Source: an uncultured Thermotogae bacterium
Lineage (GTDB): Bacteria > Bipolaricaulota > Bipolaricaulia > M55B111
Direction of reading: 5' to 3'
Assembly: GCA_964506635.1 (NCBI GenBank)
Contig: CAZDMI010000003.1
Span: 1-37,632 of the forward strand
Length of the DNA: 37,632 bases
The notes beneath the pieces are model-generated. The model was not told the origin of the DNA and ran no database searches. It saw nothing but the letters and a program-made list of their open reading frames with translations. Each line of letters starts with the position of its first letter. Position 1 is the first letter of the stretch. The translations under genes and the position numbers were made by a program. Positions 17,899 to 26,920 of this stretch are shown one piece after another.

Positions 17899-19248
17899 AT
17901 GGCTTATAAGTGTATTAACTGTGGGTTCACTTCAGTCGAGTGGCTTGGACGGTGTCCGAAATGTGGGGAGTGGGACGCCTTCGAGGAAGAGGAGAATTCT
18001 GAAGGTGAGGCCGACGAGGTTCTAACTGATGAGTCTCCCGTCCCGCTCTCCGAAATTTCTTTCGATCCGAAGGACCGGATACCTACCGGAATCGAGGAAT
18101 TTGATCGAGTGCTGGGCGGTGGCTTAATCCCTGGCGAAATAATTCTCCTGGGCGGCGACCCCGGAATTGGGAAATCCACGTTACTTCTCCAGGCCGCGAA
18201 CCACCTATCCAGTCGCGGTGAGGTACTTTACGTGTCCGGGGAAGAGTCCTCGAAGCAGTTAAAAATGAGGGCTGAACGGTTAAACTTATCCTCCGAGGAC
18301 CTGATAGTTTATAGTGGCAGCAGCCTGAAGCAATCAATCCATCACCTGGACGAACTCGATCCGGTTTGTGTCGTAGTTGATTCGATACAATCGCTAAAAA
18401 GCCCGGATAGCTCCGCTTCCGTCGGAAGCACGAAACAGGTCCGAGAACTGGGCCGTGAATTTACCAGGCTCGGCAAAAAGAAGGAAATACCGATAATTCT
18501 CATTGGCCATATAACAAAATCGGGCGATTTCTCCGGTCCGAAAACGATCGAACACCTGGTCGATGCCACGATCTACTTTGAAGGAAAGCGCGACAGTAAC
18601 GTAAGACTTCTGAGGCCCGAAAAGAATCGATTCGGCTCCACGGGGTTGCTTGGCCTATTCCAGATGACCGAAACGGGTCTGAAGGAGATAATGAATCCAT
18701 CCCAGTACTTCGCCAAGAAGGATGGCAGTACGGATGATGGTAATGGTACAACCACCGTATGTACGGTCGAGGGGTCTCGACCCATCCTGGCGGAAATACA
18801 GGCCCTGGTTACACCCTCAAACTTCGGAGGTAGCCCCCAGCGGCGAACAACGGGTCTGGATTATAACCGAATCTCGCTTCTCTTCGCGGTTATCCAGAAA
18901 CAGCTCGGTATAAATTTGCAGGAATTCGACATTTATCTTAACGTCATCGGTGGGTTTACTATCGAAGAAACGGCCGCCGACCTGGGTGTTATTGCGGCGA
19001 TAATTTCAAGTTTAAACGAGGCCCAGATCCCTCATCAAACGGTAATAATCGGTGAGGTCGGCCTGAGTGGCGAGTTAAGACCGGTAAAGAGTCTTGGGGG
19101 ACGGTTAAACGAAGCCGGAAAACTGGGGTATACCAGAGCGCTCGTTCCGGAAAGCAACCCAGCGCTGGAGGGAATCGATTCGGAACTGGAAGTTATTCCC
19201 GTCGGTGACGTTTCTGCGGCACTAAACGAACTTGACGTAAAGGGGTAA
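17899..19248 (+). CDS. radA: DNA repair protein RadA/Sms
   Basis: CINC...CPKC zinc finger, GGDPGIGKST, KNRFG, Lon-like C-terminus with GEVGLSGE. Confidence 0.97.
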   Translation: MAYKCINCGFTSVEWLGRCPKCGEWDAFEEEENSEGEADEVLTDESPVPLSEISFDPKDRIPTGIEEFDRVLGGGLIPGEIILLGGDPGIGKSTLLLQAANHLSSRGEVLYVSGEESSKQLKMRAERLNLSSEDLIVYSGSSLKQSIHHLDELDPVCVVVDSIQSLKSPDSSASVGSTKQVRELGREFTRLGKKKEIPIILIGHITKSGDFSGPKTIEHLVDATIYFEGKRDSNVRLLRPEKNRFGSTGLLGLFQMTETGLKEIMNPSQYFAKKDGSTDDGNGTTTVCTVEGSRPILAEIQALVTPSNFGGSPQRRTTGLDYNRISLLFAVIQKQLGINLQEFDIYLNVIGGFTIEETAADLGVIAAIISSLNEAQIPHQTVIIGEVGLSGELRPVKSLGGRLNEAGKLGYTRALVPESNPALEGIDSELEVIPVGDVSAALNELDVKG

Positions 19249-19249
19249 T

Positions 19250-20311
19250 ATGGCTTTTCAATCACTTGAAGAACTTCTCGAAAAAACTGCTCCGGGAACG
19301 AAACTTAGAGATGCCATAGATAGAATCGTTGAACAGGGTAACGGCGGTATGCTGGTTCTATCTTCGCTGGATACTGTAGAGGAATTGATTACGACCGGTT
19401 TTAGGATCGACTCAGAAATTACCTCACAGCGGATCAGCGAGCTGTCAAAGATGGACGGGGCAATAGTTATAGGCGACGACCTGGAGAGGATCACTTACGC
19501 AAACGCACACCTGTCCCCGGACCCCTCCATAGAGAGCAAGGAAACAGGCACCAGACACAAAGCCGCCGAACAATCCGCCAAACAACTAAGGATACCCGTT
19601 GTGGCCATATCGGAGCGCAGGAACAGAGTAACCCTTTACTTTAAGGATCAGAGGTATATTTTAAGAGAAATTTCCACTATTATGTCCAAGGTCAACCAGG
19701 CACTGCTCATTATGGAACAGTATAGAGGGAACTACGACGAAGCGCTTCAGGAGCTGACCGCGCTGGAGCTGGATGGAAACGTTCTCCCGTTTCACGTCGC
19801 AAATCCGCTATCGGAAATTGGTCAGATGCTCACTTTGAAGGATGAGATACTCCGAATGTTCGTCGAATTGGGCGAGGAAAAGGCACTACCCGGACGACAG
19901 CTGGATAACATGATGGCCGGGATAGAACGGGATCTGGAATTTATGATCAAGGACTTCCAGAAGGCACCCGAGGACAATTACGAGGAGATTCGCTCAAAGA
20001 TCGTCGAACTCTGTTCCGATACCCCACCAGCGACCAAGCGTATTATGGCGCTCCTCGGCTACGACGAAGAAGACCTGGACGAATTCCTTGCGCCGCGAGG
20101 TTACAGGGTGCTGCACCAGATACCAAGATTGCCGCATTCGGTAATAGAGAGAATGGTCGAGAAGTTCGGTGATCTCGAGAAAATTCTGGAGGCTGACAAG
20201 GAAGAACTACAGCAGGTTCGGGGTATTGCAGAAACGAGATCGAACACGATAAAAGCCGGACTTAAACGACTGGAAAACAGAATTACTTTAATGGAGGAGT
20301 TGGAAACTTGA
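19250..20311 (+). CDS. disA: DNA integrity scanning diadenylate cyclase DisA
   Basis: APGTKLR, ELSKMDGA, ETGTRHK, PRGYR, C-terminal HhH; follows radA. Confidence 0.95.
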   Translation: MAFQSLEELLEKTAPGTKLRDAIDRIVEQGNGGMLVLSSLDTVEELITTGFRIDSEITSQRISELSKMDGAIVIGDDLERITYANAHLSPDPSIESKETGTRHKAAEQSAKQLRIPVVAISERRNRVTLYFKDQRYILREISTIMSKVNQALLIMEQYRGNYDEALQELTALELDGNVLPFHVANPLSEIGQMLTLKDEILRMFVELGEEKALPGRQLDNMMAGIERDLEFMIKDFQKAPEDNYEEIRSKIVELCSDTPPATKRIMALLGYDEEDLDEFLAPRGYRVLHQIPRLPHSVIERMVEKFGDLEKILEADKEELQQVRGIAETRSNTIKAGLKRLENRITLMEELET

Positions 20312-21126
20312 ACAACCCAGAAGAAGTCAAAGAAAGCACCGAGTTCATCGAAAATATGATTTCATCGAAGCCGGAAATTGGGATGGTGCTCGGTTCCGGA
20401 CTTTCCGAAACCATGAGCGAACTCGTGGAAGTTGATGCCCAATTTAGCTGGAATCGTGTTCCGAACTTCCCCGAACCGAGCGTAGAGGGTCACGAAGGCA
20501 GATTCATCTCAGGCAAAATTGAGGGAACACCTGTATTGATTCAGCAGGGACGACTGCACTGGTACGAAGGGCTTTCATGGGATGACGTAATCTATCCGAT
20601 TAGAACCCACTATAACCTCGGCGTCGAGAAACTTTTTATGACCAATGCCGCCGGTGGGATCAACAGAAACTTTTCTCCAGGCGATTTATGCCTGATAACG
20701 GATCATATTAATTTTTCTGGAGACAACCCACTTAGAGGTCCCAACCAGGAAGAGTTCGGCCCCCGATTTCCTGACATGAGCCACGCTTATCCAGAAGATT
20801 TGAGGAATACCGCCAGGGAAGTAGCGGAAGGAATGGGAATAGAGCTAAAGCAGGGGGTATACGCCATGACATCCGGACCGAGCTACGAAACACCGGCCGA
20901 AATTTCCGGACTCAGGACCCTCGGAGCTGACCTGGTCGGAATGTCGACCGTTCCGGAGACCATAGCTGCAAACCACTCCGGAATGGAAGTGCTGGCTATA
21001 TCTCTGGTTACCAATAAAGCAGCAGGCTTACAGGATGAGCTTTCGCACGAAGAAGTTCTGGAGGTAACCGAAAAAACAAATAAAAAATTGGGGAATCTTA
21101 TTGCCGGTATCGTAGCTGAAGTCTGA
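20308..21126 (+). CDS. punA: Purine-nucleoside phosphorylase (trimeric PNP family)
   Basis: LGSGL, VEGHEG, QGRLHWYEG, TNAAGG, GPSYETPAE, VGMSTVPE; TTGA overlap with disA. Confidence 0.93.
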   Translation: MNNPEEVKESTEFIENMISSKPEIGMVLGSGLSETMSELVEVDAQFSWNRVPNFPEPSVEGHEGRFISGKIEGTPVLIQQGRLHWYEGLSWDDVIYPIRTHYNLGVEKLFMTNAAGGINRNFSPGDLCLITDHINFSGDNPLRGPNQEEFGPRFPDMSHAYPEDLRNTAREVAEGMGIELKQGVYAMTSGPSYETPAEISGLRTLGADLVGMSTVPETIAANHSGMEVLAISLVTNKAAGLQDELSHEEVLEVTEKTNKKLGNLIAGIVAEV

Positions 21127-21127
21127 A

Positions 21128-22096
21128 CTATTCCTCTTCCTTTTTTTTAATTACTTTACGGTAACTTCCTATGTCCCGGTATTTCTCACGGCGCTGGGCA
21201 AGCAGTTCTTCCGGGTCGTAACCCGTCAGTTCATTCAGGTATCCTGACAGTGACTCGGAAAAGTTATCGGCCGTGGTTTCGAAATCCAGGTGAGCCCCTT
21301 TTCCACCTTCGGGGACGATTTCGTCTATAATGCCCAGCTCCCTGGCATGTTCCGCGGTCAGCTTTAGGGCCCGGGCCGCGTCGTCCGCTCTATCGCGGTC
21401 ACCCCAGAGTATCGCTGCAGCCCCTTCCGGTGAAATCACAGAGTATATCGAGTTTTCCAGCATAATTATCCTATCGGCGGCCCCAATTGCAATAGCTCCC
21501 CCACTACCACCTTCGCCGATAACGGCGGCAAGCGTCGGGACCTCCAGGGAAACCATTTTCGATATACTCCTGGCAATCATGCCTCCTATATTTCTTTCCT
21601 CGGCCTCTTTACCCGGATAAGCTCCAGGGGTATCAATGATAGTCATCAGAGGAAAGTCAAACCTCTCGGCAAGGTTCATCAATCGCCTGGCTTTACGGTA
21701 GCCTTCAGAACGGAGCATCCCGAAATTGGTCTCCTGGGACTGTTCCGCGTCACCACCCTTACTCTGCGCAATTACCACAAGTGTTTGTCCCTGGTACTTA
21801 GCCAGACCTCCCTTGAGGGCACTATCGTCACCAAGCAACCTGTCGCCGTGTAGTGGGTAGAAATCATCAGTCAGATATTCCAGGTAGTCCTCGGAATCGG
21901 GGCGATCCGGATGCCGTGCGAGTTTGACCTTGTCCCACTCGTCCATTTCCTCTTCAGAAGGTTCCTCTTTACGGGCCGCCAGTTTTTCGGTTAAGGTATT
22001 TATTTCATCGGTAAGGTCCAGCCCGTTCCGTGAATCAAGCGACTTCAACCGATCTATCTGTTCTTCCAATTCTTCTAAAGTCCGTTCTTCACTCAT
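21128..22096 (-). CDS. accA: Acetyl-CoA carboxylase carboxyltransferase alpha
   Basis: ARHPDRP, LHGDR, EGYRKARR, IDTPGAYPG, GEGGSGGA, YSVISPEG. Confidence 0.96.
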   Translation of the reverse strand: MSEERTLEELEEQIDRLKSLDSRNGLDLTDEINTLTEKLAARKEEPSEEEMDEWDKVKLARHPDRPDSEDYLEYLTDDFYPLHGDRLLGDDSALKGGLAKYQGQTLVVIAQSKGGDAEQSQETNFGMLRSEGYRKARRLMNLAERFDFPLMTIIDTPGAYPGKEAEERNIGGMIARSISKMVSLEVPTLAAVIGEGGSGGAIAIGAADRIIMLENSIYSVISPEGAAAILWGDRDRADDAARALKLTAEHARELGIIDEIVPEGGKGAHLDFETTADNFSESLSGYLNELTGYDPEELLAQRREKYRDIGSYRKVIKKKEEE

Positions 22097-22101
22097 GGTT
22101 A

Positions 22102-22938
22102 CTAGAAAAACTCCAGTATGCTAGCAATCTCTTCTCTCATGGAATCCCTTTCCACTACGGAATCCACGATACCGTGTTCCAGTGCAAATTGGCTCGATTG
22201 AAAGTCCTGAGGAAGTTCTTCCCCGATCGTCTGTTCTATGACGTCCCTGCCAGCAAAACCTATCAGGGCACCCCTTTCCGCTATTATTACGTCACCCAGG
22301 CTAGCTATGCTGGCTTCGACGCCGGCGGTAGTAGGGTAAGTCATGACGGAAATAAAGGGCAAACCCGCCTCTGATAGTAAATCGCGGACGGAAGTAGTTT
22401 TAACCATTTGAAATAGCGATAGCAGACCCTCCTGCATCCGAGCTCCCCCCGATGAACTAACCAAAACGAAGGGGAGGTCCTTATCCGCGGCGAGTTCAAT
22501 TCCGGTCACTATCTGCTCCCCGACCACCGACCCCATCGAACCACCGATGAAGCGGAAATCCATGGAAGCGAGAACGAGGTCCTGCTCCTTGACGGCACCG
22601 GTACCGACAATTATTGCATCAAACATACCCGTCTCAGCCTGGTTTGCCTCGATCTTCTCGGCGTATCCCTGGGAATCCACGAAATCGAGCGGGTCGTTGG
22701 ACTCAATCCTCTTGGTCTTGTCCTGAAATGAGTTGTCGTCGGTCAGACTTTTTATTCTTTCCTTTGCCGTAAGAAAGAAGTACCCTCCGCAATTAGGGCA
22801 AACGTGGTTATTCTCCTGCAGCTTTTTCTTAAAAATCAGCTTGTCGCAGGATTTACATTTGACCCACAGGGCCTCGTCTTTTTCCTCTTCTTCCTCAAAA
22901 TCCACCCTGAGGTATTCTTCATCTCTAAATAACGGCAT
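22102..22938 (-). CDS. accD: Acetyl-CoA carboxylase carboxyltransferase beta
   Basis: WVKCKSC...CPNC zinc finger, FIGGSMGSVVGE, SGGARMQEG, IGFAG. Confidence 0.96.
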   Translation of the reverse strand: MPLFRDEEYLRVDFEEEEEKDEALWVKCKSCDKLIFKKKLQENNHVCPNCGGYFFLTAKERIKSLTDDNSFQDKTKRIESNDPLDFVDSQGYAEKIEANQAETGMFDAIIVGTGAVKEQDLVLASMDFRFIGGSMGSVVGEQIVTGIELAADKDLPFVLVSSSGGARMQEGLLSLFQMVKTTSVRDLLSEAGLPFISVMTYPTTAGVEASIASLGDVIIAERGALIGFAGRDVIEQTIGEELPQDFQSSQFALEHGIVDSVVERDSMREEIASILEFF

Positions 22939-22940
22939 CT

Positions 22941-23612
22941 TTACTCCTCTCCGGTAACCTTTGGTCCGACCTTATTATCGAGGAGCTTAGATGGGATTAC
23001 AATCCCCATCGATAGGACCAACCTCAACCCCTCTTCTACAGTCAAATCAAGGTAAGTAAGGTCCTTCCTCGGAATAAATAAGGTCTTACCACTCAACGGG
23101 TTAGGAGTGGTAAATATAAAAATGGCCACGACGTCATCACCGATTATTTCTTCGATTTCACCCAGTTCCTCGTTCGTAACGAACCCCACAGCGTAACTAC
23201 CCTCACGGGGAAACTCAAACATAACTACATCCCTAAAAGTATTGGACTCTCTACTCAACACTGCACTGGTGATCTGTTTCAGGGTTACATACATCTTGTT
23301 AACTACGGGAGTCGAGCCAATTACCCTGTCCATAAACGAGTAAACCTTTCTTCCCACGTATATTCTCGTAACCAAACCAACAAGAAACACCAGAAGCAAC
23401 GTCAATATCGCACCTATACCCGGTAACCATTCCCTCCCTATGGCTAACTGAAGGAAGTCAGCAATGACCCCGCCCAGTTCTGATCCTTCCCCCGTAAACC
23501 TTAGTACGGTCTTGTAAATAAGCCAGAGGACGTAGAAGGTAATACTCAGGGGGAGGATGACAAGTAAGCCGTTTATAAAAGTATTCTTTACGTAAGCAAG
23601 TATTTTCTTCAT
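22941..23612 (-). CDS. DUF502 family membrane protein
   Basis: FINGLLVILPL, two TM helices, FEFPREG, FIFTTPNPLSG, LTVEEGLRLVLSMG. Confidence 0.88.
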   Translation of the reverse strand: MKKILAYVKNTFINGLLVILPLSITFYVLWLIYKTVLRFTGEGSELGGVIADFLQLAIGREWLPGIGAILTLLLVFLVGLVTRIYVGRKVYSFMDRVIGSTPVVNKMYVTLKQITSAVLSRESNTFRDVVMFEFPREGSYAVGFVTNEELGEIEEIIGDDVVAIFIFTTPNPLSGKTLFIPRKDLTYLDLTVEEGLRLVLSMGIVIPSKLLDNKVGPKVTGEE

Positions 23613-23835
23613 TTTTAGGGTATCTAGAACGTCTTTTGGATAATTCTAGTACATAATGACCTCGCTTTCTAACTTCAGTTTTTGCCCATTATTCGAGCTG
23701 GTTTCGAGATGTCAAAAAGGAAAGACCCCCCTTGGAACACCGAATAAGCCGAACCACTTTAAAACCGAGGCGTTTTTCCTTTTAAAGAAGTATTCAAAAT
23801 TCCTGTAAAAAGGATATCGAACTAAGTTTTGATAG

Positions 23836-23865
23836 TTGGAAGAACAAGTAGAGCTTCTATATAAT
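23836..23865 (+). promoter_or_regulatory. Promoter placing +1 at or next to the RHH gene ATG (leaderless)
   Basis: TTGGAA-N18-TATAAT, then 7 nt to ATG 23873; no Shine-Dalgarno sequence. Confidence 0.55.
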
Positions 23866-23872
23866 TCCTTAA

Positions 23873-24058
23873 ATGCGCAGAGTTAACTGGACAATTACTG
23901 AAAGACAACACAAAAAGTTACAGCAGTTGTCGCGTGAGACCGGGCTGCCAATATCCGAACTGGTAAGACGCTCTCTGGACAAGTACCTGGGATTAGTTGG
24001 TGAAGAACCTCTGGGCCCGGCGGAAGCCGACGAAGAAAAATCGGACGCAGAGGATTAG
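23873..24058 (+). CDS. Ribbon-helix-helix (CopG-like) DNA-binding protein
   Basis: MRRVNWTIT beta strand, LQQLSRETG helix, ISELVRRSLDKYL helix, acidic tail. Confidence 0.82.
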   Translation: MRRVNWTITERQHKKLQQLSRETGLPISELVRRSLDKYLGLVGEEPLGPAEADEEKSDAED

Positions 24059-24096
24059 TTAATACGAGCCTAACCTGGATATTTAAGGGGGTAAAT

Positions 24097-25251
24097 ATTT
24101 TTAACGCAGCATCAGAAGAAGAAATAAAGGAAGGAAAGATTACGGACGTATACTTCGAACGCTCTCGAGAGATCCTCAAGAAAAACGATATTGACAAGAA
24201 GGTACGAATGGAAGTAAGAGCGAAATCCATCCCCGGCGAGGGTCCTGGGGTACTTACGGGAATGGACGAGGTAGTCGAACTATTCTCGGGAACCGACCTC
24301 ACCATCCATGCACTTCGCGAAGGCAGCGTCTTTCTGCCGTACGAACCGGTAATGATGATCGAGGGCGGATACAGGGATTTTTCAGTGCTGGAGACACCAC
24401 TACTTGGTTTCCTGTGCCAGTCAAGCGGCATTGCCACGAGGGCAAGAGTAGTCAAGGAAGCGGCCGAACGTAAACCGGTTTACCACTTTGGCTCCCGCCG
24501 GATGCATCCCGCGATTGCTCCCATGATTGGCAGAAGCGCCTACATCGGTGGTTGTGATGGGGTAGCAGTTAGCCATACTGCCCGTCAGCTGGATCTGGAA
24601 CCGGTAGGAACCATCCCTCACGCCCTGATACTGCTGCTTGAGGACTCGACGACGGCTACCGGAATGTTTGAAGAATTATATGGCGAGGAAATAGATACGG
24701 TTGCACTGGTAGACACCTTTGGGGACGAGAAATTTGAAGCTCTCGAAAACGCGGACCTAATCGAGGGCCTTGACGCGGTTCGGCTCGACACTCCATCTTC
24801 AAGACGGGGAGATATGCTGGAAATAGCCAGAGAGGTAAGGTGGGAACTCGATTTACACGGATTCGAGGACGTCAAGATACTCGTCTCCGGCGGGCTGGAC
24901 GAGGAAAGCATCCCCGAGTTAAACGAGGTTGCCGATGCTTACGGAGTTGGGACTGCTATTTCGAATTCTCCCGTTGTAGATTTTTCTCTGGACATAGTTG
25001 AGGCCGAAGGTGAGCCGACGTCGAAAAGGGGTAAGAAATCGGGCGCAAAACAACTTTACGTCTGTGAAGACTGTGGAAACAGGGAGGTAAAACGATGGGA
25101 TACCTCCGAGAAGGAATGTTCCAGCTGCGGAGGGCTCTCGAATCCCCAGCTTGATGTCAGGGTCGAAGACGGTGATCCCGTGGAGGAATCAAGAAGTCCC
25201 GGCGAGATACGGGATTTCTCCCTTTCTCAACCCTTCCTCAAGGACTATTAA
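24097..25251 (+). CDS. pncB: Nicotinate phosphoribosyltransferase, archaeal/Thermoplasma type; true start lies upstream of the tracked ATG 24208
   Basis: In-frame upstream IFNAASEEEIKEGKITDVYFER; FGSRRMHPA, GTIPHAL, VRLDTPSSRRG, VSGGLDE; C-terminal CxxC...CxxC. Confidence 0.9.
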   Translation: MFNAASEEEIKEGKITDVYFERSREILKKNDIDKKVRMEVRAKSIPGEGPGVLTGMDEVVELFSGTDLTIHALREGSVFLPYEPVMMIEGGYRDFSVLETPLLGFLCQSSGIATRARVVKEAAERKPVYHFGSRRMHPAIAPMIGRSAYIGGCDGVAVSHTARQLDLEPVGTIPHALILLLEDSTTATGMFEELYGEEIDTVALVDTFGDEKFEALENADLIEGLDAVRLDTPSSRRGDMLEIAREVRWELDLHGFEDVKILVSGGLDEESIPELNEVADAYGVGTAISNSPVVDFSLDIVEAEGEPTSKRGKKSGAKQLYVCEDCGNREVKRWDTSEKECSSCGGLSNPQLDVRVEDGDPVEESRSPGEIRDFSLSQPFLKDY

Positions 25252-25314
25252 AATCTAGAAGGCGTGATTGGGGTAAAGTAGCTCAGTTGCATTAATTAAC
25301 ACCATGCCCAACAA

Positions 25315-26076
25315 TTGAGGTACGAGGTGATTCAGGTGAATTTGAGCAAGAGAAGCTTATTGGTATTTGGATTAGCCCTTTTACTTGTTACCCCTTCAAT
25401 AACAATCCTGGCACAGAACGGAGGAACGGCCCAAAACCAGGACAATCAGAAGACAGTCGTAGCTACGGTTAATGGATCCGAGATTACGAACCAACAACTC
25501 TCCCAGACGGCCCAGATTTATCCCATAATTATGACTCTTTCCAAGCAATACAGAAGTTTTGCCCAGTTCCTGATGACCAGCGAGGCCGGGAATGCTTTCC
25601 TGACTGAGTACAGGAAGTACGTACTGGACAAGCTTATCGAACAGGAATTACAGAACCAGAAGATGGGAGAGCTGGGACTCGAAGCAAGCGAGGAGGAAGT
25701 ACAAAAGGAAATTAATAAGATAATTTCCAACAACGACCAGTTTAGCGACGAGAAAAGTCTGGCTGACTACCTTAAAAACAATCAAAACACCACCATGGAA
25801 GACCTTAAGAGACAAATAAGAAATAGCATCAAGCGTCAGAAGTTACGGAATGAAGTAACTGGTAAGGTCAGCGTATCCGAAACGGAAATTACCAGCTACT
25901 ACGACAGCAACAAGAAAAACTTTACTGACCAGGAAGGGAACGTGAAGCCTCTGGCAGAGGTAAAAGACCAGATAAGAGAAACTCTAAAAACTCAGAAAAG
26001 TAGCAAGATGTGGAGCAACTGGCTGGAAAAGGCAAAGGAAGAAGCAGATATTAAAAAGAACACGGAGAATTTATAA
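25315..26076 (+). CDS. Exported SurA N-terminal-domain/PrsA-like chaperone without an evident parvulin domain (likely start GTG 25336)
   Basis: Signal peptide, VVATVNGSEIT, VLDKLIEQEL, VSETEITSYYDSNK, PLAEVKDQI, WLEKAKEEADI. Confidence 0.8.
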   Translation: MRYEVIQVNLSKRSLLVFGLALLLVTPSITILAQNGGTAQNQDNQKTVVATVNGSEITNQQLSQTAQIYPIIMTLSKQYRSFAQFLMTSEAGNAFLTEYRKYVLDKLIEQELQNQKMGELGLEASEEEVQKEINKIISNNDQFSDEKSLADYLKNNQNTTMEDLKRQIRNSIKRQKLRNEVTGKVSVSETEITSYYDSNKKNFTDQEGNVKPLAEVKDQIRETLKTQKSSKMWSNWLEKAKEEADIKKNTENL

Positions 26077-26103
26077 ATTTGTGAGACATTAAATGAAGAA
26101 TAA

Positions 26104-26142
26104 AATGAAGGTCGCCCAACTAATTACTGGGGGACCTTCATT
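26104..26142. terminator. Hairpin between convergent genes
   Basis: AATGAAGGTC-G-CCCA / TGGG-G-GACCTTCATT stem with a 9-nt loop. Confidence 0.6.
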
Positions 26143-26269
26143 GTCTTCGGTAAGCAAAAGGATAACCTCAAAACGAAATTTTACAAGACACAACCGCGAA
26201 ACATAAAAGTGCAAAAGAACGTGTTTTCCCGATTTACCGGATTTCCGTATAGGCTGTAACTTAAATAAG

Positions 26270-26809
26270 TTACTCTTCCACGAACTTCTCCCTGTAAAGT
26301 TCCTTGGCCTCGAGAATGGACTTCTTAGCTTCCTCTCGTCCCGACCAGCCTCTTGTCTCAACTACTTTATCGCCTTCAAGTTCCTTGTAAACCTCAAACA
26401 TGTGGCATATTTCGTTCAAGTTATGAGCCGGGACATCGTCTATGTCCTTGTAACCTTCATAACGCGGATCACTTAAAGGTACAGCCAGTATTTTATCGTC
26501 CCTTTGGCCGGCGTCAAGCATTTCCAGTATTCCTATTGGCCTCGCTTCCATGATACAGCCAGGGAAAGTGGGATTAGTCACTAGAACAAGTATATCAGTC
26601 GGGTCCCCGTCTTCGTCAAAAGTTCGGGGGAGAAAACCGTAATCGCCGGGATAATGAACCGCCGTATGCAACACTCTATCAAGAACAATCTCACCTTTGT
26701 CCACGTCGTACTCGTACTTGTTTTCCGTTCTCCTCGGATTCTCTATTACCGCATTGACTATCCTCGGTGTATCCCTTCCCGTTTCCAGCTCCCGCCACTT
26801 ATCTTTCAT
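26270..26809 (-). CDS. ppa: Inorganic pyrophosphatase (family I)
   Basis: NKYEYD, LDRVL, YPGDYGFLP, DGDPTD, DDKILAV, YKELEG. Confidence 0.96.
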   Translation of the reverse strand: MKDKWRELETGRDTPRIVNAVIENPRRTENKYEYDVDKGEIVLDRVLHTAVHYPGDYGFLPRTFDEDGDPTDILVLVTNPTFPGCIMEARPIGILEMLDAGQRDDKILAVPLSDPRYEGYKDIDDVPAHNLNEICHMFEVYKELEGDKVVETRGWSGREEAKKSILEAKELYREKFVEE

Positions 26810-26920
26810 AAGTTTGCCTCCTCAGTTCTTTAAATTCGTTTTCTTTGGGGTCATAACCTACTTGACTAAAAAGCTACCCGGAATCCACAGGAGACTCAAC
26901 GGGTCCAAATCAGAAAAAGT

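Noticed and set aside
23757-23787. CTTTAAAA-N15-TTTTAAAG inverted repeat as the RHH operator
   Set aside because: The arms are low-complexity AT sequence, so chance is likely.
26089-26361. 90-aa minus-strand ORF and a short plus-strand ORF between the SurA-like gene and ppa
   Set aside because: The minus ORF overlaps ppa, both cross the terminator hairpin, neither has an RBS, and their composition is atypical.
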